Positions 31,550 through 41,173 of a stretch of 64,000 nt of DNA are shown here, one piece after another. The stretch covers positions 64,001 through 128,000 of the forward strand of contig JANRKO010000043.1 in NCBI GenBank assembly GCA_033763455.1. Direction: 5' to 3'. Source of the DNA: Polyangiaceae bacterium (GTDB lineage Bacteria; Myxococcota_A; Polyangia; Polyangiales; Polyangiaceae). Made by a program: the position numbers and the translations under genes. Each line of letters starts with the position of its first letter. Positions within the stretch are counted from its first letter, which is position 1. Under the pieces are notes generated by a model. It did not search any database, was not told the DNA's origin, and saw nothing but the letters and a program-made list of their open reading frames with translations.

Positions 31550-31732
31550 CGGGCTTTGCGGAACGAGCTGCATCAATTCTTGGGGCGCGAGTAGGTAGTT
31601 GGGCAGTGTCCAGTGAAGGACGCTTGGGCCAAATTTTGTCCACTTCCGCGGCTGCACTGTTGCTGAGACCCTCTCGGTACGTAAGAAGCCCCCACCACTC
31701 GGGGGTTCATGCTCAGAGCACTCAGACCCCCG

Positions 31733-32107
31733 ATGCCCGCTCCTCGCTACTTGACCGCACGCGACATTGCCGCAGAGCTCAGCGTGTCGCGGGCCCACGC
31801 CTACCGAATGATGCGGGAAATGTTGCACTTTCGGCGTGGGCGCCTTCTTCGGGTCCCACGAGCAGCGTTCGAAGTGTACATTCACCAGCGAGAGAAAATC
31901 GGATGGGCCAGCGCCTCTTCAAGCGAAATGGAACTTGGTACGGGTGGGTCTTCGACTGCGAAGGCAAACGCATCCAGCGCTCCACAAAGTGCCGCGACAA
32001 ACGCGCCGCCGAAATTGTACTCCGTGAATGGGAGCGACGTGCCGCCGATCCGACCTACGCAGCCTCGCACGCGACCTCGATCGAACAAGCCCTCAAACAG
32101 TTTTTGA
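31733..32107 (+). CDS. excisionase-like HTH protein
   Basis: YLTARDIAAELSVSRAHAYRMM...GRLLRVPRAAF, immediately upstream of and overlapping the integrase. Confidence 0.7.
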   Translation: MPAPRYLTARDIAAELSVSRAHAYRMMREMLHFRRGRLLRVPRAAFEVYIHQREKIGWASASSSEMELGTGGSSTAKANASSAPQSAATNAPPKLYSVNGSDVPPIRPTQPRTRPRSNKPSNSF

Positions 32108-33024
32108 CAGATCGCCTTTTTAAGGGGAGAGCAGCGGGCACCCTTTCGAGCTATCGGGTGAAGGCGGGGCATGTGGTGCGGTTGTTCGGCGGCGACACCT
32201 CGCTGGCGAAGGTAGACGCGCGGGCAGTGGATCGATTTATCGAGACTCGCTTGGGCGAGGGCGCTTCGAGGAACACGGTGCACAAGGAACTCACAGTGCT
32301 GCGTGCGACACTTAAGGTAGCTAAGCGGCGAGGGGAGTTCCCCCGCGACATCGATGCGGTGATGCCTGATGGATTTTCTGCGGCTTACACGCCCCGCACG
32401 CGCTTTCTCACCGCGCTCGACGCGCAAAAGCTTTTCGCTGAGCTCAGCCCCGATCGGGCGGCGCTCGTGGCGTTCATCCTCGCCACGGGGGCCAGGTGGG
32501 GCGAGGCGGTGGCAGCTCGGTTTGAAGACGTCGATCAGGCGAGGGGGCTCGTATTTCTTAGAGGTACCAAGACGGAAGGCTCTTTGCGTACTGTTCCGAT
32601 CGTCGGCGCAGGAGTTCCGCTGTTGGATCACGCGCTCCGCCACGCGGAGGGCCAAGATGGGTTCTTGTTCACCGCCTGGGGCAACGTGCGCCGTGACTTG
32701 GCGGTAGCTTGCAAGCACGCGGGCATTGCGAGCGTGACACCTAATGATCTCCGCCGCACCTGTGCGACATGGCTGCGCCAGCGCGATATTGAGCCGCACT
32801 TGATCGCCGCGGTGCTCGGCCATCGCGACTCCCGCATGGTGGAGCGCGTGTATGGCCGCCTCCCCACCGCATCCCTCAAGTATTCGCTGGAAACTAGGCT
32901 CGGCGAACCCGCGGAACCCTGTAGCGCATTTGTAGCAAACACGAGCAGCCCCGAGCGTTCCCAGAGACACAAGAGACACCCCCAACCCCCGATCCACTGG
33001 CTCTTGTCGCTAGAAGGTGGGTAG
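31903..33024 (+). CDS. tyrosine recombinase/integrase
   Basis: TGARWGE, GTKT, PNDLRRT, LGH and RVYG catalytic motifs; the last codons and the stop come from the IS end. Confidence 0.92.
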   Translation: MGQRLFKRNGTWYGWVFDCEGKRIQRSTKCRDKRAAEIVLREWERRAADPTYAASHATSIEQALKQFLTDRLFKGRAAGTLSSYRVKAGHVVRLFGGDTSLAKVDARAVDRFIETRLGEGASRNTVHKELTVLRATLKVAKRRGEFPRDIDAVMPDGFSAAYTPRTRFLTALDAQKLFAELSPDRAALVAFILATGARWGEAVAARFEDVDQARGLVFLRGTKTEGSLRTVPIVGAGVPLLDHALRHAEGQDGFLFTAWGNVRRDLAVACKHAGIASVTPNDLRRTCATWLRQRDIEPHLIAAVLGHRDSRMVERVYGRLPTASLKYSLETRLGEPAEPCSAFVANTSSPERSQRHKRHPQPPIHWLLSLEGG

Positions 33025-34327
33025 TCGGAAAATTGGGCAGGGCTGGGAGATTTCTGGGACGGGTTGGGTGCGAACCAACAACCCCGAGCCAGAGGTCCAG
33101 CCATGCCCGACGAAAGTTTAATCCAGACTTTGCTTTTGCCCGAACTTTCTCTGATTTCTTTTAGGAGGCTGCGTGACAGCCGAGTCATCGAGGTGGTGGC
33201 GAAAAAGGAGCCCCAGATGGAGTACTGCCCCAAGTGCGCGACGCCGTCAGCGTCGACGTACGATACGCGGCGGGTGAGGCTCAAAGATGAGCCTTTCCGA
33301 ACCTTTAGGGTATTTCTGACGGTGGTGAAGCGCCGGCTGTGGTGCAAGCCATGCGGCAAAGCGTTTACGGAGCCACTCGGTTGGGTCCGAAAGGGACACC
33401 GCCATACGGAGCGCTACGGGCGCGCGGTCATGGGTGCCTGCGAGCGCTACGTCGATTTGAAGCAGGTACGGCAGGACTTCAAGTGCTCAGGCGGGTGGCT
33501 GTACCGCACGTTGTATCGGCACCTCGAACTGCAGCGCCGCAAGCGCCTGTACCCGTGGCCAAGCAGACTTGGCATCGACGAGCACTTCTTCCGCCGCGGA
33601 AAAAATGGCTTCCGCGAATTTGTCACAGTGTTTGTCGACCAGAAAAACCATCGCCTCATGGAGGTGGCCGAAGGGCGCACCGGGCCGGAGCTCGAAGCCG
33701 CGCTTGACTACATTCCAGGGCGAGAAAACGTGCGCGTCGTGGCCATCGACATGAGCGACTCGTACAAGGCCTTTGTGCGACGGTTTTTTCCCCAGGCCAT
33801 CATTGTGGCCGACAAGTTCCATGTGCTGCGTTTGCTTAGCCCGGCCATCAACAAGCAACGTAAGGCCATTACGGGCGACAAGCGCTCGCTGCCAGTGCGT
33901 CGCTTGCTGCTGCGTAACGGCCACAGTTTGGAGCCCCAAACGCGCCGAACGCTCAGTGCCTGGCTCACTCAGCACCCAGCGCTCCGCGAGCTATACGAAG
34001 CCAAGGAAGCTCTGGTGCGCTTCTACCGCATTCGGAGCTTCAAGCAGGCTTCTCGTTTCCTCACAGGCATCACCGACCGTCTCGCCGACTCAGCGCTCCC
34101 CGAGCTTCAAACCCTGCGCAACACCCTCATGCGCTGGCGACATCAGGTCCTCGCATACTTCCGAACCCGCCTCACCAACGGCATGACCGAAGGCTTCAAC
34201 TGCAAGGCCAAGCTCGTCAAACGCCGTGCCTACGGCTATAGGAGCTTCACCAACTACCGCCTCAGACTTCTAAACGCTTGTGCTTAATCAGCTTTCCGGT
34301 CCCACCCACCATCGAGCGAGAAGACCC
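32999..34327 (+). mobile_element. ISL3-family insertion sequence
   Basis: Terminal IRs GGCTCTTGTCGCTAGAAGGTGGGT and (reverse complement) GGGTCTTCTCGCTCGATGGTGGGT match 20/24 and enclose the transposase. Confidence 0.88.
33103..34287 (+). CDS. ISL3 transposase
   Basis: Zn finger CPKC..CKPC, LGIDEH, AIDMS, ADKFHV and TNGMTEGFN.K.K..KRRAYGYR. Confidence 0.95.
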   Translation: MPDESLIQTLLLPELSLISFRRLRDSRVIEVVAKKEPQMEYCPKCATPSASTYDTRRVRLKDEPFRTFRVFLTVVKRRLWCKPCGKAFTEPLGWVRKGHRHTERYGRAVMGACERYVDLKQVRQDFKCSGGWLYRTLYRHLELQRRKRLYPWPSRLGIDEHFFRRGKNGFREFVTVFVDQKNHRLMEVAEGRTGPELEAALDYIPGRENVRVVAIDMSDSYKAFVRRFFPQAIIVADKFHVLRLLSPAINKQRKAITGDKRSLPVRRLLLRNGHSLEPQTRRTLSAWLTQHPALRELYEAKEALVRFYRIRSFKQASRFLTGITDRLADSALPELQTLRNTLMRWRHQVLAYFRTRLTNGMTEGFNCKAKLVKRRAYGYRSFTNYRLRLLNACA

Positions 34328-34348
34328 CTAAGAAGAACCCGGATTTCT

Positions 34349-34423
34349 TGGAGGTGAGGACCGGATTCGAACCGGCGTATAACGGTTTTGCAAACCGTTG
34401 CCTAACCGCTTGGCTACCTCACC
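34349..34423 (-). tRNA. tRNA-Cys(GCA)
   Basis: Reverse complement GGTGAGGTAGCCAAGCGGTTAGGCAACGGTTTGCAAAACCGTTATACGCCGGTTCGAATCCGGTCCTCACCTCCA. Confidence 0.96.
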
Positions 34424-34539
34424 GTAGACCCGCCACAAGGGCAGGCCCGCTTATGTCCCACTCGTTCCTTTGGCTGTCAAGCGCCCGCACCGTGCCGGCG
34501 CGCCCCGGCGAGTGGGAGTGCGGCCAAAACAAAAAAGCT

Positions 34540-35187
34540 TCATGGATCTTCGGCGAGGTCCTCGGCGAGGTAGCCCAGGATCACTTCGTCGAGTGATCGC
34601 TCGCTCATCGGATCGTCACCGAAAATCGAGCGACTGCTCGCTCCTGGCATCCCACCGAAAGTGGCAGCTGGGCGCCTGCCTGGCTGCTTCGGCGCCGGCT
34701 CCCTGGGGGGTTGCGGGCCGCGAGAGGCGGGCGTGGGCGGATGCGTGGGCACAGGCGGACGCACAGGTGCGGGTGCGCGGGAAGGTGCGGCCATGGGTGT
34801 CGGGTCAGCCGTGGGGCTCGCGTCAGCCACGTACCTTTTGGAGTTGGGAACCGTTTCTGATTCGGGTTCAGGGTAGGGACCACAAACCGAAATCACCGCT
34901 TCATCAAATTCTCCCGCGCGAAGAGCGATGAACATGGAGCGGTGCTGCTCTTTCATCAACCCGCGAACGGTTGGCACAAACTCTCGCGTCCCGATATGTT
35001 CGCTGTAGTCGATACGAGCGCTTTTGATGACGCGCCCACCGTCCGCGAACAAGTGGCTCATGATACGTGCGTGGCGAACACCCGAGTCTTCAGTCTGGAT
35101 GTGAAAAAGCCGGCCTTTGTGGCGGATATTGTTGTTGAAGCCTAGGAGCGGCGGAGGATCCACCTTGGCAATAGACTCGTTCTTCAC
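34540..35187 (-). CDS. conserved hypothetical protein (myxobacterial type)
   Basis: GFNNNIRHKGRLFHIQTEDSG N-terminal domain, Pro-rich linker, SLDEVILGYL tail. Confidence 0.75.
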   Translation of the reverse strand: MKNESIAKVDPPPLLGFNNNIRHKGRLFHIQTEDSGVRHARIMSHLFADGGRVIKSARIDYSEHIGTREFVPTVRGLMKEQHRSMFIALRAGEFDEAVISVCGPYPEPESETVPNSKRYVADASPTADPTPMAAPSRAPAPVRPPVPTHPPTPASRGPQPPREPAPKQPGRRPAATFGGMPGASSRSIFGDDPMSERSLDEVILGYLAEDLAEDP

Positions 35188-35294
35188 CAGACCCCTAGAG
35201 TATCACGGTCGAGCAATTGCCACAGCCCTGTGTTTCGGCAGTGAACAGGCGTCCACGATGTCGGATAGTTAAGGAGGTTCAGCGACCACCGGGC

Positions 35295-37244
35295 CTAACG
35301 CGCACCTTCGTCGAGACGGCGCATCCCTTCGAGGAGCAGCGCTTCGGGGCTTTCCTTGATCACTTGCTGGGGTGCGCGGAAGCTCGGTTCCAGCGAAAAT
35401 TCGCCTTCATTCAGTGAAATCATCGCGTAAAATGCATCGGCGCCCCGCACCTTAGCCCACATGGCGTTATAGATGGCGCCATCCACGAAATGGATTTCTC
35501 CGCGCTCGCCGGTCGCCTGGATCTTGAGGGACCCCGTTTTCCGGCCGTGCCACAAAACTTGAACGATGTCTGGCAGGCTCATTTCTTGGAGTGAACCACT
35601 CACGCCCCGGGAGCCCGCAGCTCCTGCGGCTGATTGTTCAATCAACTGTTTCATCTTCGCCACCAGAAGTTCAGCACTCACGGGCTTGGCGACCACGTCG
35701 CTCGCGCCCAATTCAAACGCGCGCTGTGCGTCAGCGGACACCGCTCGCCCCGACATGATGATCCACGGCAACTTCTGGCCCCAGCGTTGCTTGCGGCCGT
35801 GCTCGAGGAGCTGCAAGCCGTCTTGAGGCTTGATATCAAGCTCGCTACATACGATCTCAACGCCTCCCGCTTCCAGGATCTTGAGCGCCTGCTCTGAGGT
35901 AGAGGCAAGCTTTACCTCGAAGCCGCGTTCCACCAAACGCAGCTCCAACACTGTTGTCTCTTCCGGATCGGGATCGATGATCAAGGCGAGGCGTCTGTCG
36001 GCGAGGAGGCGCGCTTTTAGATCTTCGCCAGTAACGGTTAGCTTGAACAGATCCACGAGGTTCGGATCGAAGATTTTGCCTTTGTTGGTGGCTAAGACTT
36101 CGCAAGCTTGTGCGGGGCGTAGCGTCTTTCTGTACGGATTCTTTGGGTTTTGGGTGAGATCCGCGTAGGTATCCGCGATGGCTAAAATGCGCGCGCCGAG
36201 CGGGATCTCTTTGCCGCCGATGCCGCGCGGTAAGCCTTGAGCGTCATACCGCTCGTACATGTTTTCCACGGCCATCAACACTTCGTTGGGTAGCTGAATG
36301 GATTCCACCAAACGCGAGGGTGCTTTGTATTGCTTACTGGCAGAAGCCCGGTGGCCCTCGTAGTCGGCGACGTTAAGAGCCGTGAGGTGGTAGGCGCCCA
36401 TCTTCCCCAGGTCGTGAACATACGCAGCAATCATCGCGCTGGTGCGTTCGGCATCGCTCAAGCGGAGGCGTTCGCAGAGCTTCTTTACCAGGCGTGCTAC
36501 CTGCGCTGAATGTCCGCGCAAATCAGGGCGTGAGTTCTCAACCAAGCTGATAAGAACGTTGAGTGTTTCGAGGTACGCTGTTCCTTCCACCCCACCTGCG
36601 CTGCCGGTGACGGCGCGGCCTTGCGCGGAACGATTCATATCTTCGGCAGAAAATGTGCGTTCCCTCGACGTGCCCTCATGGGCGAGCGAGGTCACGATGC
36701 TCTCCTCTGAGAGCAACCTGCGCTCAAAAACGTCCATCATGGTGCTGAACTGCTGGCGTGCGGCTCGATCCAACTTCGCAAACGCGTGGATATCGCCACC
36801 GTAGGTTTTGGCGATGGCAGCGGCGATGGCTTTGGGGCGCCCCACGAAGGCCTGAACTTGCTTCACGCCGGACACCGCTCGCACGTTGTCCAGCACGGCT
36901 ATGTCGTCCGGATCCGGAGTCACCACACTCAAGGTTCCTGTGGCTTCCGCGTAGAGCACCGGAAACACCAAGCTTCTTTCGGCCACTTTGCGAGGGAGCT
37001 TATCGAGCACGCTGCGGTCGATTTCCGCCTTTGCAAGCTTCTCCGTGGAGACAAAGCGCGTTTTATGCTGGGCCGCCAAGTAGCGGAGGAGGTCCGCCTC
37101 CTCGATGGCTTCGGTTTCAAGCAGCGCTTCTTCCACCCGGTCCCCCGTGCGCGCCATCCAGTTGAGCGAGGCCTCGCGCTGCTCCGGGCGAATGATTTCC
37201 TCAGAGACGAGCTTGTCGAGTAGGGGCGAGGCTCCGGCGCTCAT
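35295..37244 (-). CDS. T2SSE_N/MshEN-like, HD-GYP-like, receiver and DUF4388 signalling protein
   Basis: RGHS..V, HDLGK, GKEIPLGARILAIAD, REC-like region and GSLQEMSLPDIVQ...LLLEGMRRLDE. Confidence 0.82.
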   Translation of the reverse strand: MSAGASPLLDKLVSEEIIRPEQREASLNWMARTGDRVEEALLETEAIEEADLLRYLAAQHKTRFVSTEKLAKAEIDRSVLDKLPRKVAERSLVFPVLYAEATGTLSVVTPDPDDIAVLDNVRAVSGVKQVQAFVGRPKAIAAAIAKTYGGDIHAFAKLDRAARQQFSTMMDVFERRLLSEESIVTSLAHEGTSRERTFSAEDMNRSAQGRAVTGSAGGVEGTAYLETLNVLISLVENSRPDLRGHSAQVARLVKKLCERLRLSDAERTSAMIAAYVHDLGKMGAYHLTALNVADYEGHRASASKQYKAPSRLVESIQLPNEVLMAVENMYERYDAQGLPRGIGGKEIPLGARILAIADTYADLTQNPKNPYRKTLRPAQACEVLATNKGKIFDPNLVDLFKLTVTGEDLKARLLADRRLALIIDPDPEETTVLELRLVERGFEVKLASTSEQALKILEAGGVEIVCSELDIKPQDGLQLLEHGRKQRWGQKLPWIIMSGRAVSADAQRAFELGASDVVAKPVSAELLVAKMKQLIEQSAAGAAGSRGVSGSLQEMSLPDIVQVLWHGRKTGSLKIQATGERGEIHFVDGAIYNAMWAKVRGADAFYAMISLNEGEFSLEPSFRAPQQVIKESPEALLLEGMRRLDEGAR

Positions 37245-37519
37245 GGTGGGTCGAGCTAGTATACTGGGCGGAAGGCGTGGGCAGAGGGCCTGCCTGTCCA
37301 CCGGGCCCTCACCTTAACAAGCCCCGGCATTTCAGGCGATCGGCCGGGCTCCAGCCGAGCTATTTGAATGGACTGGCGCCGGGCAGGCGATTGGGTTATG
37401 CCCCGCCTCCCTCGGGCCGACCCCCGCCGCTGGGGAAGCCTTCTCCTAAGGTCTTGACCACGGGGCGGTAGCCCGGTAGGGAGCTCCTCCCTTTTTTTCA
37501 GCATTGATAGGCCCCTGAA

Positions 37520-37963
37520 ATGACGACGTACGTTGCTAATGCCGCCGAAGCCCTCGCCGCCCGCAAATGGTGGGTGGTAGATGCCACTGGTTTGCCGCTT
37601 GGGCGCCTTGCTAGCCGGGTGGCCACCATTTTGCGTGGCAAGAACAAGGCGATCTTCAGCCCCTTCATGGACACGGGGGATTTCGTGATCGTCGTGAACG
37701 CCAACAAGGTGAAGCTCACGGGCCGCAAGGCGGAGCAGAAGATTTACTACCGCCACTCGCGGTATCCCGGGTCGCTGAAGCAGGAGCCCTTCGAGTCGCT
37801 CGTGCAGCACGCCCCCGAAGTACCGATCCAGCAAGCCGTGAAGCGCATGCTGCCCAAGAACGTGCTCGGGCGTACTCTTCTCGGCAAGCTCAAGATTTAC
37901 CCAACTGCGGATCATCCGCATTCTGCCCAACAGCCACAGCAGCTCCAACTCAAGACCGCCTAA
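37520..37963 (+). CDS. rplM: 50S ribosomal protein L13
   Basis: [31 protein letters not shown] and HPHSAQQP. Confidence 0.98.
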   Translation: MTTYVANAAEALAARKWWVVDATGLPLGRLASRVATILRGKNKAIFSPFMDTGDFVIVVNANKVKLTGRKAEQKIYYRHSRYPGSLKQEPFESLVQHAPEVPIQQAVKRMLPKNVLGRTLLGKLKIYPTADHPHSAQQPQQLQLKTA

Positions 37964-37973
37964 GGCAACGACG

Positions 37974-38369
37974 ATGACCACCGCTCAGACATTTTACGCT
38001 ACCGGAAAGCGCAAGACAGCCGTTGCTCGCGTTTGGATCTCCAAGGGCGAAGGCAAAATCAGTGTAAACAGCCGCACGATTGAAGACTTCTTTCAGCGTG
38101 AGTCTTCGTGCATGGTGGTGCGCCAGTCCCTTGAGTTGCTAGAAATTGGCGACAAGTACGATGTGCGAGCCACGGTTGCCGGTGGCGGTAACAGCGCTCA
38201 GGCCGAAGCGATGCGCCACGGAATTTCTCGCGCACTTCTTCTGGAAGATGCCGAACGTCGTCGCGCCCTCAAGCGCGCCGGCTACCTGACGCGCGACAGC
38301 CGTCAAAAGGAACGCAAGAAGTACGGTCGCCCCGCGGCTCGTAAGCGTTTCCAGTTTTCCAAGCGCTAA
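37974..38369 (+). CDS. rpsI: 30S ribosomal protein S9
   Basis: [12 protein letters not shown] and [24 protein letters not shown]. Confidence 0.98.
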   Translation: MTTAQTFYATGKRKTAVARVWISKGEGKISVNSRTIEDFFQRESSCMVVRQSLELLEIGDKYDVRATVAGGGNSAQAEAMRHGISRALLLEDAERRRALKRAGYLTRDSRQKERKKYGRPAARKRFQFSKR

Positions 38370-38426
38370 GCCCACGTGCTGCTTGGATGGGCAGCTCTTT
38401 TGCCCTAGTGTTTGGCGTTTTTCGCC

Positions 38427-40607
38427 ATGCACCGTCCATTCAAGATCCGCAGCGATTTTAGGCCTAAGGGAGATCAACCTCGGGCGATTGCTGCCTTGTG
38501 CGCAGGGCTGGATAGGGGCGAGCCCTTTCAGACGCTCCTCGGTATCACGGGGAGCGGCAAGACGTTCACCGTGGCGAACGTCATCCAGCACGTCCAGCGC
38601 CCGACGCTGATTATTGCGCCCAACAAGACGTTGGCCGCTCAGCTCTACGGGGAAATGCGCGATCTTTTCCCGGACAATGCGGTCGCCTTTTTTGTTTCTT
38701 ATTACGACTATTACCAGCCCGAAGCGTACCTGCCGACGACAGACACGTTCATCGATAAGGACGCGATCATCAACGATCAGATCGATCGGATGCGCCACGC
38801 CGCCACGCACGCGCTCCTTTCCCGCAGTGATTGCATCATTGTTGCGAGCGTTAGTTGCATTTATGGCATCGGATCTTCGGAGAGCTATCAGGGCCTTGCG
38901 ATTGAAATCGTAAAGGGTGAAGCCTGCCGCCGCGATGAGCTACTCAGACGATTGGTAGATATTCAATATTCGAGAAACGACGTGGATTTTCACCGCGGCA
39001 CCTTCCGTGTGCGCGGAGACGTGGTGGAGATTTTTCCGGCCTACGAAGAGTCGATGGCGATTCGCATCGAGTTCTTTGGGGACGAAGTGGAGGCGATTAA
39101 AGAGGTCGATCCCATTCGCGGCAAAGTGTTGGGAGAGTTGCCGCGGTACTCCGTTTATCCAGGGTCCCACTACGTTACACCGCGCCAACAGCTGAACCGC
39201 GCGATTGAGGCTATTCGCGTCGAACTGCAAGAGCGTCTCGAGTTTTTTGACAAAGCTGGGCGCTTCTTGGAGAAGCAACGCCTTCTGCAACGGACCTCAT
39301 ACGACCTTGAGATGCTCGAACAGATGGGCTTTGTGCAGGGAATAGAGAACTATTCGCGGCACCTTTCCAACCGAAAGGCGGGCGAGCCTGGCCCCACGCT
39401 CATTGATTACTTTCCCGATGATTTTTTGCTGATCATCGACGAATCGCACCAAACGGTGCCCCAAATTGGGTCCATGTATAAGGGAGATCGGTCGCGTAAG
39501 GAGACGCTCGTAGAGTACGGCTTCCGCCTCCCAAGTGCGCTCGACAATCGTCCGTTGCAGTTCGATGAGTTCGAAAAGTACATGAAGCGGACCATCTTTG
39601 TGTCCGCAACGCCAGGAACGTGGGAGCTGGAGCACTCCAAAGATCAAATTGTGGAGCAATTGATCCGCCCAACCGGGTTGATTGATCCTGAGATTATCCT
39701 CAAGCCCATTGAGGGCCAGGTGGATAATCTCCTGATTGAGATCCGAAAGCGTGTGGCGGCTTCCGAGCGCGTGCTGGTGACCACCTTAACCAAGCGCATG
39801 GCCGAAGATCTCACTGAATATTACACCGAGCTTGGCGTGCGCGTGCGCTACCTGCACTCAGACATCGAGACCTTGGAGCGCATTGAGATCTTGAAGAGCC
39901 TACGAGCGGGGGAGTTCGACGTACTCGTTGGTATTAACTTACTGCGCGAAGGGTTGGATTTGCCTGAGGTGAGCCTGGTGGCGATTCTGGACGCGGATAA
40001 AGAGGGCTTCTTGCGCAGCCCACGTTCGCTCATCCAAACTATCGGGCGCGCCGCTCGCAACCTTCACGGCCAGGTCATCATGTTTGCGGATCGCGTTACC
40101 GATGCCATGGCCTATGCCATCAGCGAGACGGAGCGTCGGCGCGGCATACAAACCGCGTACAACTTGGAGCACAACATTACGCCTGCGTCGGTGAGGCGAG
40201 CGATCCTTGATGTGAGCCCAGCGAGCGGGCAAACTGACTATTATGCGGTGCCACGAGGTGCGGCTTCTGAGGGTGGCGGGCCAGCCAAGGCCCCACCCAA
40301 GCGCAAGGCCGGCGCTGCTGGCGCTGTACCCGCGAGCGAACCCAGTGCCGATGAGCTAGCCGTCATCAAGGAACGGCTCGAAGTGCTCCGCCAGGAGATG
40401 TTTCTCGCGGCTGAGAACCTGCAATTTGAGACGGCCGCGCGCTTGCGCGATGACATTCGCAAGCTTCAAACGTCTGCAGGAGAGGGCACGCCAGGAGTTA
40501 TTCCGCCGCCACCCACTCCTTCGACACCGGCCAAGCGCGGCTCGGCCAAAGGCTCTTCATCGAAGCCCGGCGGTCGGGCTTCTGGCGGGTGGGGGCGGCG
40601 CCGCTAA
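38427..40607 (+). CDS. uvrB: excinuclease ABC subunit B
   Basis: [39 protein letters not shown] and C-terminal UVR domain. Confidence 0.98.
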   Translation: MHRPFKIRSDFRPKGDQPRAIAALCAGLDRGEPFQTLLGITGSGKTFTVANVIQHVQRPTLIIAPNKTLAAQLYGEMRDLFPDNAVAFFVSYYDYYQPEAYLPTTDTFIDKDAIINDQIDRMRHAATHALLSRSDCIIVASVSCIYGIGSSESYQGLAIEIVKGEACRRDELLRRLVDIQYSRNDVDFHRGTFRVRGDVVEIFPAYEESMAIRIEFFGDEVEAIKEVDPIRGKVLGELPRYSVYPGSHYVTPRQQLNRAIEAIRVELQERLEFFDKAGRFLEKQRLLQRTSYDLEMLEQMGFVQGIENYSRHLSNRKAGEPGPTLIDYFPDDFLLIIDESHQTVPQIGSMYKGDRSRKETLVEYGFRLPSALDNRPLQFDEFEKYMKRTIFVSATPGTWELEHSKDQIVEQLIRPTGLIDPEIILKPIEGQVDNLLIEIRKRVAASERVLVTTLTKRMAEDLTEYYTELGVRVRYLHSDIETLERIEILKSLRAGEFDVLVGINLLREGLDLPEVSLVAILDADKEGFLRSPRSLIQTIGRAARNLHGQVIMFADRVTDAMAYAISETERRRGIQTAYNLEHNITPASVRRAILDVSPASGQTDYYAVPRGAASEGGGPAKAPPKRKAGAAGAVPASEPSADELAVIKERLEVLRQEMFLAAENLQFETAARLRDDIRKLQTSAGEGTPGVIPPPPTPSTPAKRGSAKGSSSKPGGRASGGWGRRR

Positions 40608-41173
40608 AGAGCCAGTGCGAGCTCTGCGGCGAGCTCTTGTTCGGTCATAACGCGGGTGCCGAAGAATTTCACGACCCCTTCGCGGTTGATGATTACCAGC
40701 GTGGGCAAAGTGGCAACGCCGTAGCTATTGGCAACCATGCCTCCCTCGTCCTCAATGGACATGTAGCGCAAGTTGAGTGTTTGGAGCAACCCGACCGCCT
40801 TTTCCCGCTCGTCGCCGGTGTTGATCCCCACCACCACCAGCTCTTTGCTATACTTCTGCGCAATCAAGTTAACTGCAGGCATCTGTTCTCGGCAAGGCCC
40901 ACACCAGCTCGCCCAGAAATCCAAGAGCACGGCCCGGCCACGCAGGTCAGAGAGCTTCAGCTTGGATTTTTCGCCGCCACCGTAGATGACTGGGAGCATG
41001 AAATCTGGTGCTAGCTTCTGCTTTAGGCTTCGGGCACGGTCGAGCTGGGGTAGCGCGACAAAGCCAAAAAAGGCGCTCACTGTGACAACAAGGAGCACGA
41101 GCGATCCGAAGGAAGCACGCTTCTTAGGGATGCCCGTGGGCGGAGTAGAAAGGTTGCGGGGATGGGACATCAA
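40604..41173 (-). CDS. TlpA-family thiol:disulfide oxidoreductase
   Basis: TM anchor and [11 protein letters not shown]. Confidence 0.9.
   Translation of the reverse strand: MMSHPRNLSTPPTGIPKKRASFGSLVLLVVTVSAFFGFVALPQLDRARSLKQKLAPDFMLPVIYGGGEKSKLKLSDLRGRAVLLDFWASWCGPCREQMPAVNLIAQKYSKELVVVGINTGDEREKAVGLLQTLNLRYMSIEDEGGMVANSYGVATLPTLVIINREGVVKFFGTRVMTEQELAAELALAL

Larger units (their letters stand above)
12164..32998. mobile_element. integrative genomic island (tyrosine integrase, tRNA-Phe target)
   Basis: tRNA 3' fragment at left, xis plus integrase at right, TGTAGCG(G/C)ATTTGTAGC near both ends (12272-12288 and 32920-32936), accessory cargo between. Confidence 0.8.

Noticed and set aside
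31606..31902. Extra 99 N-terminal codons of the 472-aa integrase ORF
   Set aside because: Overlaps the xis-like gene and looks non-protein-like; ATG 31903 is the better start
31882..32997. 371-aa ORF antisense to the integrase (likewise 1789-2460, 37256-37981 and 54859-55695)
   Set aside because: Shadow ORFs of GC-rich genes on the opposite strand, with no motifs
34348..34596. 82-aa ORF MEVRTGFEPAY...
   Set aside because: Antisense translation of tRNA-Cys
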